A program made the translations under genes and the position numbers. The notes beneath the pieces are model-generated. The model worked only from the letters and a program-made list of their open reading frames with translations, ran no database searches and was not told where the DNA came from. A stretch of 63,034 nucleotides of DNA, counting the filler, from Sphacelaria rigidula (lineage: Eukaryota), in NCBI GenBank assembly GCA_964200075.2. It is 4 parts of 4 records of this genome, joined end to end, with 100 filler letters (N's around TTAATTAATTAA, not from the genome) between each part and the next. Parts side by side here need not be neighbours in the genome. Positions count along the whole stretch, not along the records: positions 1 to 15,687 come from CAXNAA020001645.1; positions 15,788 to 31,474 come from CAXNAA020001646.1; 2 more parts are not named here. One strand, 5' to 3'. Positions 13,701-25,681 of the stretch are shown here, piece by piece (the first letter of the stretch is position 1; each line of letters starts with the position of its first letter).

Positions 13701-13959
13701 TCTTCGCAGTAAGTAGGGAAAAGAGAAGAGAGCAGGGATGCCAATTCTACCAAACTGCCAACACACTCAGTCGGTACAGGACTCTATGCGCACTAATGAC
13801 TCGGCATAACACAGCACAGCACGGTATTTCTTGTCGGCTTACCTCATCCGACATGGGTCGGGCATCAGAAGGAGCAGTTCCATCTTGGTGGGCAAGCGAC
13901 CACTTGAGCAGACCCAGCCACGCGTTGGGGTCGTTATCTCCACTACCTGTCCCTGACAT
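4580..13959 (-). CDS. FES1: Hsp70 nucleotide exchange factor Fes1/HspBP1 family, 7 coding exons: join(13959-13843,12509-12114,9456-9349,8472-8413,7589-7239,6257-6094,4790-4580); 1407 nt, 468 aa
   Basis: Exons were reconstructed by hand. All six introns are GT..AG with compatible phases (0,0,0,0,0,2), giving an open frame from ATG to TGA. The protein shows Fes1 motifs WLGLLKWSLAHQDGT, DREWLEKVV, LEELQDMVEQIDMAETFAKIGG, LRRRAASVMATLTKNNPPAQ and RLRSKAAFVL. Confidence 0.9.
6094..6257 (-). CDS. FES1: Fes1 exon 6 (ALVGAPGALRS...EALLAAA R-split)
   Basis: Acceptor gttacag|GCC, donor AG|gtatga (phase 2). Confidence 0.85.
7239..7589 (-). CDS. FES1: Fes1 exon 5 (ALFSSSGGQRALLEAL...RLRSKAAFVLK)
   Basis: Acceptor ttcaccag|GCG, donor AAG|gtgagt, 351 nt open. 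Confidence 0.85.
8413..8472 (-). CDS. FES1: Fes1 exon 4 (LRRRAASVMATLTKNNPPAQ)
   Basis: Acceptor gtgcag|CTG, donor CAG|gtaaga, armadillo-repeat NNP..Q motif. Confidence 0.9.
9349..9456 (-). CDS. FES1: Fes1 exon 3 (ELQDMVEQIDMAETFAKIGGFGRLIALAAPACRPDQ)
   Basis: Acceptor ctgcag|GAG, donor CAG|gtgtgt. Contains the conserved VExIDMA..F.K.GG motif. Absent from the ORF track. Confidence 0.9.
10461..10781 (+). mobile_element. MITE family B (carries CTAACCCTAACCC), inserted in a family C repeat inside Fes1 intron 2
   Basis: Subterminal inverted repeats ctgaggatttgtacgt..ggttggtac / gtaccaacc..cgcacaaatcctcag. Flanked by direct repeat GAGACTT (10454-10460, 10782-10788). Family C sequence resumes after it. 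Confidence 0.75.
11617..11850 (+). mobile_element. MITE family A, degenerate copy
   Basis: gattgagagt..ttgagagt and cgtgtgcttac..cagggatatca match 2550-2740. Confidence 0.6.
12114..12509 (-). CDS. FES1: Fes1 exon 2 (DREWLEKVVSEG...RLEGIMNDLE) with an Ala/Pro/Gly-rich insert
   Basis: Acceptor ttctacag|GAC, donor GAG|gtgaga, 396 nt open, phase 0/0. Confidence 0.88.
12521..12755. repeat. Two-copy ~117-bp tandem duplication next to the Fes1 exon 2 acceptor
   Basis: gatagca.aatatat.tgatgaaaa.atacagg..ccacgtgcacagggtgc.gtagc occurs twice. Confidence 0.85.
13290..13480 (-). mobile_element. Possible Ty1/copia integrase C-terminal relic in Fes1 intron 1
   Basis: Minus-strand LVYDITTR*CPSRSRNVIFE resembles copia Y.P.T..I..SRNVxF.E. 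Confidence 0.35.
13843..13959 (-). CDS. FES1: Fes1 exon 1 (MSGTGSGDNDPNAWLGLLKWSLAHQDGTAPSDARPMSDE)
   Basis: ATG start, Fes1 N-terminal GLLKWS motif, donor GAG|gtaagc. Confidence 0.92.
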
Positions 13960-15521
13960 GCCCCCTGTCTATGCTCACTAATAATCAAATGGATCGGCAA
14001 ACACTGAATGATATGCGATTTGAATCCAAGCAGGTGATACTGTGTAGACGATGCTACGGGGCTTATGCAGCTGTGGACGGGATGTGCGGCTCGAAATCCA
14101 ACGGTGCCAGAGATATCACACAGAGCTTCGAGAACGATCAAGCCTGATTTTGTTTTTTTTAAAATGAACATGCCTATTACATCAGACCCGTAGCCCTTGA
14201 CAAAATTCTAGAAAATTCCATGAAATCTAATCTATTGTATATAATTGAAATACAAACACATGTCTTGTGGAATTATCTCTGACACTCTGGCTTTCATCGA
14301 GGGTGGGATGCATGAATTCAGAATGACAACGCACCACGGAAACACATTCTATTCCTACGTATAAAATGGAAACATTCCAATGACAGAAAATAAATTGCGC
14401 CTGGATCAATCCCACATTGAAGTATGACCACGAGTTTGCGAGGAACAGGCAATGTGCGGAAATAATAATAATAATGCGGCGGGATTACCCAGCAGCCGGT
14501 GGGTGGTGTTGGGCAGAGACATTGCGTATTTCGTAGTCCCCAGCTACAGTCTGATCGCGGCGGAGCATCGAACGGAGCTTGGCTTGCTGCGTGACAGTTA
14601 CGTCAAGTACGAATCAATATAAAGTAGAAGAGTCCAGCCTATCGCTACGGTGGGTTCGCTGCCGTCACTCTGTTGTGTGGATACAGGCAGCACCACGCAT
14701 ATCCCGGTAGTGTAACGGTGGAGCAGTGAGGAGGGTGTGAGAGGGAGCTTGGCAGCTGGTGCGGGTGCGGGTGCGGGTGCTTGCTGGTGTGTTCGCTGCC
14801 GCAAGAGTAAGCTAGCACAGGTGAGTGATGGTTGGGCAGGCTCATTGATGTATTGTTTTGCGCAACGATGTACTGACTTTTGCACCACACATCCGATCTC
14901 CGATTAGCATACTTGCTTGTTACGACGACCAGCTGTGCTGGCTGTTCAGCTCGTGTTTATCCACACGATACAAACATCAAACATCCTATATGCCGACAGG
15001 GCGTTACTCAGGTGGTGAAACGGTGTGCTGATGGGGTCGAAGTATGGATTGGTGTAATGTGCATTGTGAATTCCGTTAGTGGAATATCGTAGTTGCGTCA
15101 CTAATGTTTCGAGTCATCTCCAGGCCACAGCCACCGGGCAGATGCCTACAGTCCGTCGTGGTGCCGTACATATCATGAGTGCGGTAGTCCGGTGTACATT
15201 ACCGGTACACAAGTACCGTATAGACACATGTACCACAGGTATGCATGGGCCGACAAGACAGGAAAAAGACTGCTCAGTCAGTGGTCGAGCATCCACACCT
15301 GGTGCCCACAGGTCCATTTATTACAGCACCACTCTGTGTTGTATAGGGTACCGTGCACTTCCTTTGCAAAGATGGTAGTAGGGGATAGTCGGTGCAAACA
15401 GGGGTTCTGTACCCCGTAATCTGAATCCAGACGAGGCAAGATGAGAATTCCTCGGAATACACCCTTGCACAGGACACTCTCTGTACACTCTATCGCACTG
15501 TCCCAGTCAACAGTACAACGT

Positions 15522-15610
15522 ATGTCGGGGTCAGTATCGGTTGTAGGTCCTCCTGTCGTTTCGCCGGTGCGCAGGCTGGTGCCAAAGACCGCGGCACAAA
15601 GCACAGCAAG
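15522..15610 (+). CDS. Candidate first coding exon of a gene divergent from Fes1 (MSGSVSVVGPPVVSPVRRLVPKTAAQSTA), truncated by contig end
   Basis: ATG, GC-rich codons and donor AAG|gtacac. A putative non-coding exon lies upstream at 14687-14820 (tacag|...cag|gtgagt). No homology recognised. Confidence 0.3.
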
Positions 15611-15687
15611 GTACACCGTAGATTCGCTGCAGAGCGAAAATACCAAGGCTCCTCTCGTGAACGATTTGTAACTTCGGGAACGTTCCG

Positions 15688-15787
15688 NNNNNNNNNNNNN
15701 NNNNNNNNNNNNNNNNNNNNNNNNNNNNNNNTTAATTAATTAANNNNNNNNNNNNNNNNNNNNNNNNNNNNNNNNNNNNNNNNNNNN
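15688..15787. other. Artificial contig linker (N44-TTAATTAATTAA-N44)
   Basis: 100-bp spacer with a six-frame stop motif. Confidence 0.98.
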
Positions 15788-18700
15788 GGTATCGTTTTTC
15801 ACTCCGCATGTCAAGGTCTTTATAAGTGTTTGGTCCCTCATACACCTCCCCAAGTGGCGTCCGGCACGCTCTTGTCGTCGCGCACCCAGTTGGTCACATG
15901 TTGGGTAAAATCAACAATGAATATCACCCTCCAAGTTCAAATTGGATCTGTTACTGCCGCCGCACCGTCCTTGCTGGCATGTGTGTGACAGACAACAGAC
16001 GCGGGGACGGGAACATTGCCCTGTTGTTCAACGACGCATTTTTCAGCGCACAGAGGCGTGTCCTCTCCGAAATGAGAGGCAGAGAGGAATCGATATTTGC
16101 GTTGGTGAGCTCCACAGACAAGGAGAGACGAGATCCTTCCCCACCTCGACGTTATTTGACGGGCTTTGCAGCAATATAACATGCCTACCGGCACGTGAGA
16201 AATTCGGTACATGCTGGTAACATGCATGATGCCAGTCTCTCGGCCGACTGGGAGTCGCCGAGCAAGGACACACTAAGGACACGGGCGAGGAGCTCCCTCT
16301 CTGTCGTTGCTTCTCTCTCTGGTGATATCGTCGTCGACACGCGTGTACACCGCATTCGATCGGTGTACCTAGCCGCAAGTGCCCAACTGCTGCAGACATT
16401 TTTGGGGGGAAAGATGGTATGGCTCCGTGTAACTGTTTCGCGTCATCCCTGCAAGAAAGATATGTCACGTGAACCTCATTTCGGATATCAACCCCAAAAG
16501 TTAGGACCCGCTGTTAATACATGGATAGTCCGCACCGCTCCGTGCTATAGCTGTGTGCAATGTCTGTACAGCAGCACAGCGGTGCTGGCTGCGTCGTAGT
16601 GTTGCTATACCGTATACTGTACCTTGTCGTGTCAACACTTTTGCACATGTTCAACCGTCCGCTGTACCTGGCTGACATCTCTACCGTTTCTTGCACACCG
16701 TTTGATGGGAGGCATACATGATCAAACCTTATTCCGACAAGACTCAATTTCTCCAATCACAGTCCATTTCCCACCACAAGATAGACGAAAAACTATACAC
16801 CTCGGCGAATTTCGTTTCCTGAAGTGGCGGAAGAAGATGGTGGGGAACCGGCATCTGGCAAAAATGCTTGAGGTTTTTCCCGTAAAAGTTGTTTTCGTAC
16901 CATGAGCAGCGGCCTCAACCTTTTCCCACTTTTTCATATCTTGCCCATATCATAGCCGGTCCAAGCAAAGATAATTTGATACGACCCGGACCGGCCGTAA
17001 ACCGTACAAACGCACATCACTCAACAACTTTTCAAGTTTCCGAATCAGCCCGACCTGGGCAAATTACCGTGAGCTGAAGATCAATCTGGTCATGCACGCT
17101 CTGCCGCAAAAAAAACGAAGAGGAAAATATGTACTGCGTGTTGTATGACCTCAGCGACGTAACCAGATTCGGCGAAAGCAAAGAGGATTTGTCGGCTTCG
17201 AATCCGCTACCCTCATAACAAAAAGCTTCCGCATCACTTGGACCACAAGGACGCAGCGGTGTCCAACGAAAGGTGCCCGCTTGGTCCCAATATCAGGAGG
17301 TTCTGGTCGATGATCTCCTGCACGCAAGTTCGTATAATACTTCTGGGGATGCCGTCCTCTCTTAGTTTTTGCACCGAGATACAACATTTTTCCAGTTTTT
17401 GCTGAGATTTCAAATCGCTCCAATTTTTTCGTCTTTTCTTCCTCTTGGCATCTCGAGAAATGTCACGCGTTTTGATAAAAATGTCGTGTCAAAGTTTCAG
17501 CGCCCAGCTGCTGAAATTTAGCATCGGCGGGCCCCAAAATTTTCAAGAATCACTGTCAGCTGTCCTAGCTCAAAGTCGCGTAATAACAAAACTAGCGTGC
17601 AAAGAAAACAGGCGACTTACGACAGGAAGAAGCTGGCCGAGTGGTGGAGTTCTCAGTCACTGCTGATGAAGCACAGTAGCCGTTGCTCTTCCGAGAAGGC
17701 CCAGCTCGATTGTTGGTTCTTCGTCCTTCATTCAATCCAGTAGTCACACACTGGTACTTCCAAACACGAATTTGTTATCAGTGTTATGACAGTAGAAGAA
17801 CCTGCTACTGTTATGGGGGTGAATTAAGGCCTTGCCGACCAAAAATCCGTTGTCAACAAAAACATATATGAACGCGGAGGGATATTGAAGACGTATTGAA
17901 GACGTCAATGACTGGTCGGACCTGTGCCGAACCTCTTCCGAAGAAAACACACGCTCCACCCGAAGTTACCTAGGTTTAGTATGCGGCAGCTGTAATTTTT
18001 CCATGGCATGGTTCTCGAGACAGGAAGCAAACCGACCTGCGACACTTGATAACTCCTCGCGCACACCCTAGATCTTTTTAATGCCGCGGCGGAGTTGCTC
18101 AATTCGCCATAGCGGATCCGAAACGCCCCCGAACGTCGGAGATAACGCGTTTTTAGGACATTTTGGCGGTTTGCAAAGTGCTGCGGGCTCAGCGGCACGC
18201 GATAAAGAAAGCCGCCGCGGCACTGACACGTTCTTCTGTGTGGGAAGCGCACGCATGAAACCGCAGTCCAATGCTCTGCTTCGTTGCCGAGATATCTGCG
18301 TTGGAGAATCGGCACTTGCGGCTTCAGGAACAGCAGCGTTTATCGAGGTGAAAAATGGGGATTTCTGTGAAGCTCGGCTCCTGGGAAGTCAAGAAAACAG
18401 CGAACTCCCGCGCAGCATGGACGAAGTACAAGGTAAAACCGGTCAAGACTCATCCTGTGCCTTGACAGCCGCGAGCAAGTTCAAGGCGGCGCCTTAACGC
18501 GCGGAGAAGGCTGGAAAATAACTCAAGGTGGCCACCGAAAGGCTCGCGGTCACTGAAAACCTTGACGCGTCTGTTTCATGCCAGAGTGTTGGGTCCAGCG
18601 CGTAAGCTAAGCCGGTGCGCCCAATTTTTATTGCGGTCCTTTGGTCCTCTAACAGTCGGGAGACAGCGATGATGTCTTCCGTAACTGACTGTGAATACTA

Positions 18701-19689
18701 ATGACGAAATGTGAACAATGCAACATGGGGCAAGCTTCGTTTTGAAGGGTATGTGTATGCATCTTCCGTCCTGCCATGTGGTGCTCATTTCTTGTATGCG
18801 CTTGTGTACAAGGGGCAATTCATTCTCCCAACATAGAGGACTGCGAACTATATGGTTTGCTCTGATCAAAATCGGCTGTGTTGTGTCTACGCTGTCGAGC
18901 GCACAAACCAGGGCCTCAAGCGCGGTCTTTTCTATGTTCGATGCACTGCTTTTGACAGACCGAGGACAGCCATGAAGTTTGCTGTCACTACTGTCTATGC
19001 ACATTGATGAAAAGATACGTGCTGGTTTCCATGAGACTGGACAGGCGGGATTGTTGCGCAGTTGCCTCTGTAAACCAACGACAATTGGAGAAATTGCGCT
19101 GTCACTACTGCATGTGTACATCGACAACAAGCTACGTGCTGGTTTCCTCTGTGTGGCTGTGCAAAGCAAGTTCGCGTTACAACAGCAAGTACCCGTCACC
19201 TCTCAAACTGCAGTGGGCAAGGTCACACATGAAAGTCGCCTTAGCCTACGTCGGACGGATCAAGCGCAGAAACCCACGTGTGAAGAGCGATGTTGACCAT
19301 CGTCGGTGTACCACACTTCACTGACTAATAGCAGCAGCCATGGTGTTTGTTGCCACTGCTGACTGTGTACACTAACAACAATATGTAAACATCGCGGTTG
19401 GCAAGTTGCAGCTTCGATCGAATGCTTGGTTCGGGACTATATACTACAAAGCAAAAATGAGCAAGGGCATATGCGCCAACATGCGTATTTTAGCACTTGT
19501 CCTGTGCCGATGTAATGTGAAATGAATATGTGGCGGCCTCGATTACGCAGCGCTCCTTTTGCGCTGCTGTGGTGGTCGGCATGACACAGAAGGCAACATG
19601 GCGGTTCAAAGCTGATGGCTCCACACGCCTTGTGTCTTGTGTCGCAGAGGTGGAGTTTGCCCTTGATGGTTTGCTTTCAGGAGTGGAGA

Positions 19690-20340
19690 ACAAAAGAAGT
19701 TCCTCCCACTAGTGCCACGACCCTGAGCCCATGGGGCCCATGAAGTAATTGCTCTCCAAACCCGCCATCACAGGAAGGTGCAGGGTGTGCAATGAGTAGC
19801 CCAGCCGCACAGCGTGAATCGCTCTATCTTCGTCAACGTCGTCTACATCACCCTCACTTGTTCCACGGTACTCGACTCATGTGCCTATTGTTTGAATATT
19901 CTGTGCTGCTTCGTTTTCGCGATATGTGAGTGAAAGGGTTGAGTGGGGTTGGTGTTGTGGGTGACGCCCGCAACTGCCGCCACTTTTCGTGTTCTTGATA
20001 CTGATGTTGAGAAGGACGGTGAATGTGGGGTGGAACATAGTGGGCGTGTGCTTCCCGAGCTCAACAGCAACACGATACAAGCACACAACAATATATCAGT
20101 GCAGTCGCCGGAGGAACTACATTTCCGCGACACCGACCACTCACAGGCATGTAAATATGTACTGAATTTCATATGAGCGAGGTCGTCATTTGGAGATGAC
20201 GTGTGTATTTGCCATTGATTCGTGTGGCTCTATTATGGTCATTTGTTCCTGCAGTGGGTAGTGTTCGGTCCATTATCCCGATATGTAGTGCCCGAAATCG
20301 GGCCTCATTCACCCGCATAACTGTGTTTGGTGTCGTGAGC
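19690..20340 (-). pseudogene. Decayed DDE transposase relic (hAT-like CxxH region)
   Basis: GDVDDVDEDRAIHAVRLGYSLHTLHLPVMAGLESNYFMGPMGSGSWH is homologous to 34950-35630, with stops and frameshifts. Confidence 0.5.
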
Positions 20341-21413
20341 TAAGTAACCTTGATGTTTTGTAAAGGATTCATCATTTTTTACACCGTTGATGTTGGGATC
20401 ATGAAATTGAAGACAACTCGGAATATACAACGTCCCATCTAGATTCCACGTTTCATCAAAGGGAGCCTCGTACACGTATTACAGGAGGCGAGCCCGAAGT
20501 GGCCAGTGTTTGTACTAGTTTCGTTTCGCTCGATGCCATTGGTTTCTTGGTACCGATTAACTCTTTCTAGTTTCACTGTTCTCTTGGGGTTTCCCGCCGT
20601 TTCCCGCGAAAGGAGACCCCTGGAAACCAGCTAATAATAGAAACACTGCGTAAGCACCTACACTGGCCACCTCGGTCTCGCCTAGAGATGTTCGTGTGGG
20701 AAAGGCTGCCTGCCAAATCCATCGAATGACGTCAAAAAAATGCAATCGTGAAACTGTTGCGACAATGTGACGCCGTCGGGAATAGATGGCTCATGACCCA
20801 AATCGACCGGTCACTTCCACCCACCATCGGCATGACCAGATGCCGGCCATCTTTGGCTTGCCTACAGAATCAAACACCCAAACCTAAGTGAAGGTGAAGT
20901 TTTCATTGTGAGCAAGACTCGGAATGGTGGCAGGAAAGTGTTCACACGTGTGGATTTCCAAAGCATTTTCGTAGAAGTGGAGGGCACCGCATCGATTTGC
21001 AGTTGACCTCGATCAAGTCGATAGGGCACTGGGGAAAGCGCGGCAACAGTTTGTCATGAACGTGATCCCAACCAAGTTGGTAGAGTACTTGAGGAAGCCA
21101 GCAACAATTTGTCATGGTCTACGATCCACACAAAATATCCTTTTCCTTCGTGAGTTGCCTGTGAGTAAGTATGAGTGTAACGTATTGCAATAACAAGAGA
21201 AAATGACTCGAGGGGATGCTAGAAGATCTAGGGCGGGGCATACTGACCGCTCTGATCAATCGAGGTTATCGAAACGGTCACTGCGCTCCTCTCGGGACTG
21301 GCTCTTGGCTTCGAACATTTCGTGGGAAACTGCTTCATACACATGGTTGATTCGGTGAGCGTTTTGGCTGTCCCGGCAACTGGTCCCCACTCCCCTGTCA
21401 AGAACCACTCCCC

Positions 21414-21456
<43 letters not shown>

Positions 21457-21530
21457 CGCACTTTAACTGATCACCAAGGAGTCCTGTCCAGCCGTGGTCT
21501 CATGATACACGTATCCAAAAAAGAAAAAAA
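21414..21530 (-). mobile_element. Probable 3' end of a non-LTR retroposon with a (CAAT)n tail
   Basis: Minus strand reads ...ggtgatcagttaaagtgcga(caat)10; microsatellite at 21414-21455. Confidence 0.55.
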
Positions 21531-22092
21531 GTGAAACACTCGCTGACGAAAAGAAGGAACAGAAAAAAAAAAGTCGAACAGAACGACGTAGTAGACGAAG
21601 ACGTGAAAAAAACAAAAACGGCGCGCTGGAAAACCCTTGATGGCCCTAGAGAATCAGCCACTGTAACTGTTTCGAGGCGATTCTCGCAGTCTAAGAGTTG
21701 CCGCAACAACAAGATGAAAACGCACGGTGAGGACGAGAATCGTTCTGGCGGTGTTCGTGTTACTGTTTTGTCCTTCCGCTTCGTTGAGGGCTGATGCGCC
21801 ACCCTTACCCTCCAGAATCCCTCTCCCAAATTTGAATAATTTTGGAGTGAAAAAAGTAAGACCGGAGGAGCATTCCCATGAGCATGCGAAAAGGACGCGA
21901 ATTTTTTGTCACGAATGGGATGTTGGGCTCTCCATGGCGTGGACAGCTGACCTTCCCCTCTTTACCAGTAGCCACACACGAAGCACATACCCACGCGCAC
22001 GGCTCCCAAGAGAGACCCGCACAGCTATATCCCCAGCACTTCGCCGCGAGCAAGCATGGATCGATCGGAGGGTAGTACGGACCAGATATTGT

Positions 22093-22350
22093 CAGGAGTG
22101 TGGCGATCACGTGCAAGGTGCATGAGCATTGCCGCACGGTTGAAGCGACACCCGTCTCTCACACGAGAAAGAGCAGCAGCAGCAGCAGTATCGGCACTGA
22201 CGGTTCAGCCGCATCCTCAACCGTGCACCGCTGCTGGTGGTAAAGATGCTGCTGCTGCTGCCACTGCTACTCATCCTCGTGCGTGAGGCGGTGCGCGTTC
22301 CGACCGTGCGACAATTCCCATGCACCCTGCGCGTGATTGCCACCGTGCTG
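22093..22350. repeat. ~250-bp imperfect palindrome (foldback MITE-like)
   Basis: gtggcgatcacgtgcaaggtgcatgagcattgccgcacgg pairs with ccgtgcgacaattcccatgcaccctgcgcgtgattgccac; inner (CAG)n/(CTG)n and acggtt/aaccgt stems. Confidence 0.85.
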
Positions 22351-24943
22351 GTAATTCCTAGTGTGCTTGCGTGTTGCTACCTCCATCGTATTTCCATCGT
22401 TATTTGCATTTCACCTTCAAAAGTATAAGTGGGCGACTTCTCGTGATGATACAGCGGAAACGCTGCACAGCTCACCCTATGGTGCCGGCGTGCACTGAAA
22501 TAAACGTTTTCTCGCGTTTTGAAGTACGCATAGAATTTTAGGGCGCCGAGCGGATTCCAAAAATATTGGCGTCATCCGTATCTGCTGGGTACATTGCTTT
22601 TCATACAAATGTGATTCCGTTGTGAAACAAAATAAGTGTGCCTGTCTAGACTTGGACTTCACATGACCAAATACAAGGGTAATAGCATTCTTCAACAGCC
22701 GATTTCGAAAAAGTATAAACATTGTGCTAAGCTGCGAGTTTAAATCGAAAAACTTGTACAGATTCTAGGTGGTCCGGCGGATCTCCATAACTTAACGCGG
22801 GATCTTCATCCCTTAGACCGCGAGATTAGTCTTTCTGGATCATGCATACGTCTTTTCACTTGAAGTTGATGCCGATTCAACAGAAGACTGATCTCGCGGT
22901 CTAAAGGTTGAAAGGTGTAAAGACAGCGAGGTGCACATGACAATATTGGCAAGCGAAGCCCAACCAAAACACACGGGACAGTACTATGCTGTAGAGCCCT
23001 GTAAATTGTCAGCTTCTCTCCGTCCGCCCGGTTGCGCTCTTCCCCTCCGTTCATCGGGATCACCAAAGGATTGGATTCCACCAAACCTCAGGAGAGCGTG
23101 ACGTCCTTCTGCTACTAGCTCTAAAGTTACATCACGAGTGTGGGTCCCCTGGGCCTTGCATTCTGTTTTCAATATAAACGTATGCCGAAGCAATACATGA
23201 CCCACCCTGGGGGTGGCACGTTCTCCATATTATTCCAGACAGCGGACGCACGCTATAGAGACGACGGCACGGCGCACCAGGTGGTACACATAGACTCAAC
23301 ACAACTAACAAACAGAAGAGCACACTGCAGTCGCCATGACATGGTTCCGGTGCACGCCACGGTCCTCACCTTGGGTTCTCTGTGCGGCTGGGTACACTAC
23401 GTGGCAATTATTTCTTTTGATATTTTGTCGGGGTGAACTATACATGGATGGGACGCGGGTGAGGATGTAAGTTTGAGTTTTGATATGTGAAATAATCAAC
23501 GCAGCATTTTTTTCATTTTCGAGCTGGAAGTGGGAGATCACGTAGACAAGAGGAAGTCGGCCACGTTACGAGTAGTGATGGAGAAGACAACGTCGTGTTA
23601 CTGTACTGCACCGTGTACTGTAGGCTCCGTTGGTCGTGCTCACCCTGATTGAAAGTATGCTCCAGGTGAACACGGTCGTGGGGATCATGCGGCTCTAAGC
23701 GCCGGCACGTATTTTCGCCATTATCCCAGGGTGCAAATGAACTTCGAAGGTGCATCAGCGTTTACAGTCATGTTTTCTGAAAAGTGGGAGCGAGATATTT
23801 CGATGCGAAAGACATGTATTTCCCCATGTGGAGAAGAATGAGGATTCCCACTTCAAAGGTATGTGTGATCCTGTGCCAATTGCAACATGTATTCAAAGGT
23901 ACGGCCAATCGACTATCAGTTGCAATACTACATACATTTCCGACCTCCACAAAAAACCCCGCTCCTGTTCTGTAGGACCCTGTCTTACAGTAGCATCAAC
24001 GTAGGGTAGGTCGGATGAGGAATGTCCTTTCAGATGTGAATGCATGAACAGAACACACGGATTTTTGTCATGTATATTTCAAACTTTTCTGGAATTCCAT
24101 CATACACCAGACTGTCATCGATCTCCACCCTGTCTCTGCTCTTGTATCTTGCTACGTCGAGGCCACTTCCAAATCGTAGCGGTGCCCTCCACAACAATCG
24201 ACATATTTTCGGAAACAAATCAATGCACTTCCCGCGTACCATTTCGGATCTTGCTGATCATCATTTTTGAGAATCGGCTGATATCGCCTGTGCGAAATTT
24301 CCTCTCCGAACTCTTGCAAAAAGCTCAAGAACTTGGGGTGATCGTTACACTGTTCCGATAACGTGGGGCATGCAGCGGTCGAGAACCCCAATACACCGAT
24401 CAAACCGAGTGAAGGACGATTTGCTTTGACCCTGGTGACCGATGGTTTTCATTGACGAACACGTGTGCGAAAGATAGACTCCTGATTCCTTCAAATGGTC
24501 CCATGCAAAGAGACAACGTAGGATTGTCCAGAGAGTGCGTGCATAAAATGGGGAGTTCCGGTGAAAATGAACTTCGCGGAATGAGGTTCGTTTTTCGGGT
24601 TCAACGTCTGGGACATGTTGCATTTTTCTGACCAGAACCCAGGGAACTTTCTTCCACGTCATGTCGTGGGATCAGTTTTCAAGAGTAGGACAAAACAAGG
24701 TGCAACAAGTTGCTGCTCCGACCTCGGCTCAGTAACCGGCACAAGTGCCCACCGCGCACCACAGCAAAAGTTGTGCAGGGTACAGTGCTCCATTGCAGCT
24801 GCGAGCGGTAACATTTCAACTAAGCTGGGGTTGGCTCGCGCAGGTACACATCGCCGTATAGGTACGAGTACAGAAGAGTATGTTTACAGTGCGGTGTGCC
24901 GTAAGGTTGTGTCTTGTCGAAGAAACGTTCGAGGAAAGATTTA

Positions 24944-25132
24944 GGCCGTGTCTTGGCACATTATTTTCCCATCGAAAAGGTGCGGTGGGAACCAAACATT
25001 CCGATCTGATAGGCCGTGATTTCAACTATCTTCAAAAGTTGCGACGATGGTTGAAATCACGACCTATCAGATTGGGATTTGCATTTCCCACCGCACAATT
25101 TCGATCGATAACTAATGTGCTAAGGCACGCCC
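24944..25132. mobile_element. Tourist-like (PIF/Harbinger) MITE, fully palindromic, 189 bp
   Basis: TTA target duplication at 24941-24943 and 25133-25135. Termini GGCCGTGTCTTGGCACATTA / TAATGTGCTAAGGCACGCCC. Confidence 0.85.
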
Positions 25133-25681
25133 TTAGTCTTCGAACATGGTTGTGGCTGTTTAGGTTCACACAGCCAACATAAATCACCCGCCATTCCTAT
25201 CATGGGGAAAGGCTTGTCCTGACATCAGAACGTGACGATGTGATAACACGCGAACAGATCAGCACGTCACACGCCCAACAGATAACTGTGCACCTTTCGT
25301 GTGTGGTCCAAGCCCCGTGATAGCCGAACAGCACGCGCATTGCAGCCAATTGACGTAGCGTTTCACATGCTCTACGGATTGCTCGGTTTTCTAATTCTAA
25401 GCTAATAATTTCAAAATGAGCCATTTCTTACAGCATGGTTAGAAAGAGGCGTTGAGTATGGAGCATTGGCCCTCAACGAATCAGGAGGAAAAACAACGCA
25501 GTCACAACCATGTTCAGAATCAGACCTCTTCCGTCAAAACGTTTCCCTCGATAGAACTGAGCCCAAAGACTGACAGGGTTTAGAGCAGTTGTAAAGAGTG
25601 TACTACATGGTCTGCATGCCATGGTAACGGCACTTCGAGGCCTATCTGGGTGACAGCATCGGTCACTGCTGTTCTGAACTA

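Noticed and set aside
21727..22125. ORF with a signal-peptide-like start
   Set aside because: Starts at GTG in a eukaryote and runs into a palindromic repeat.
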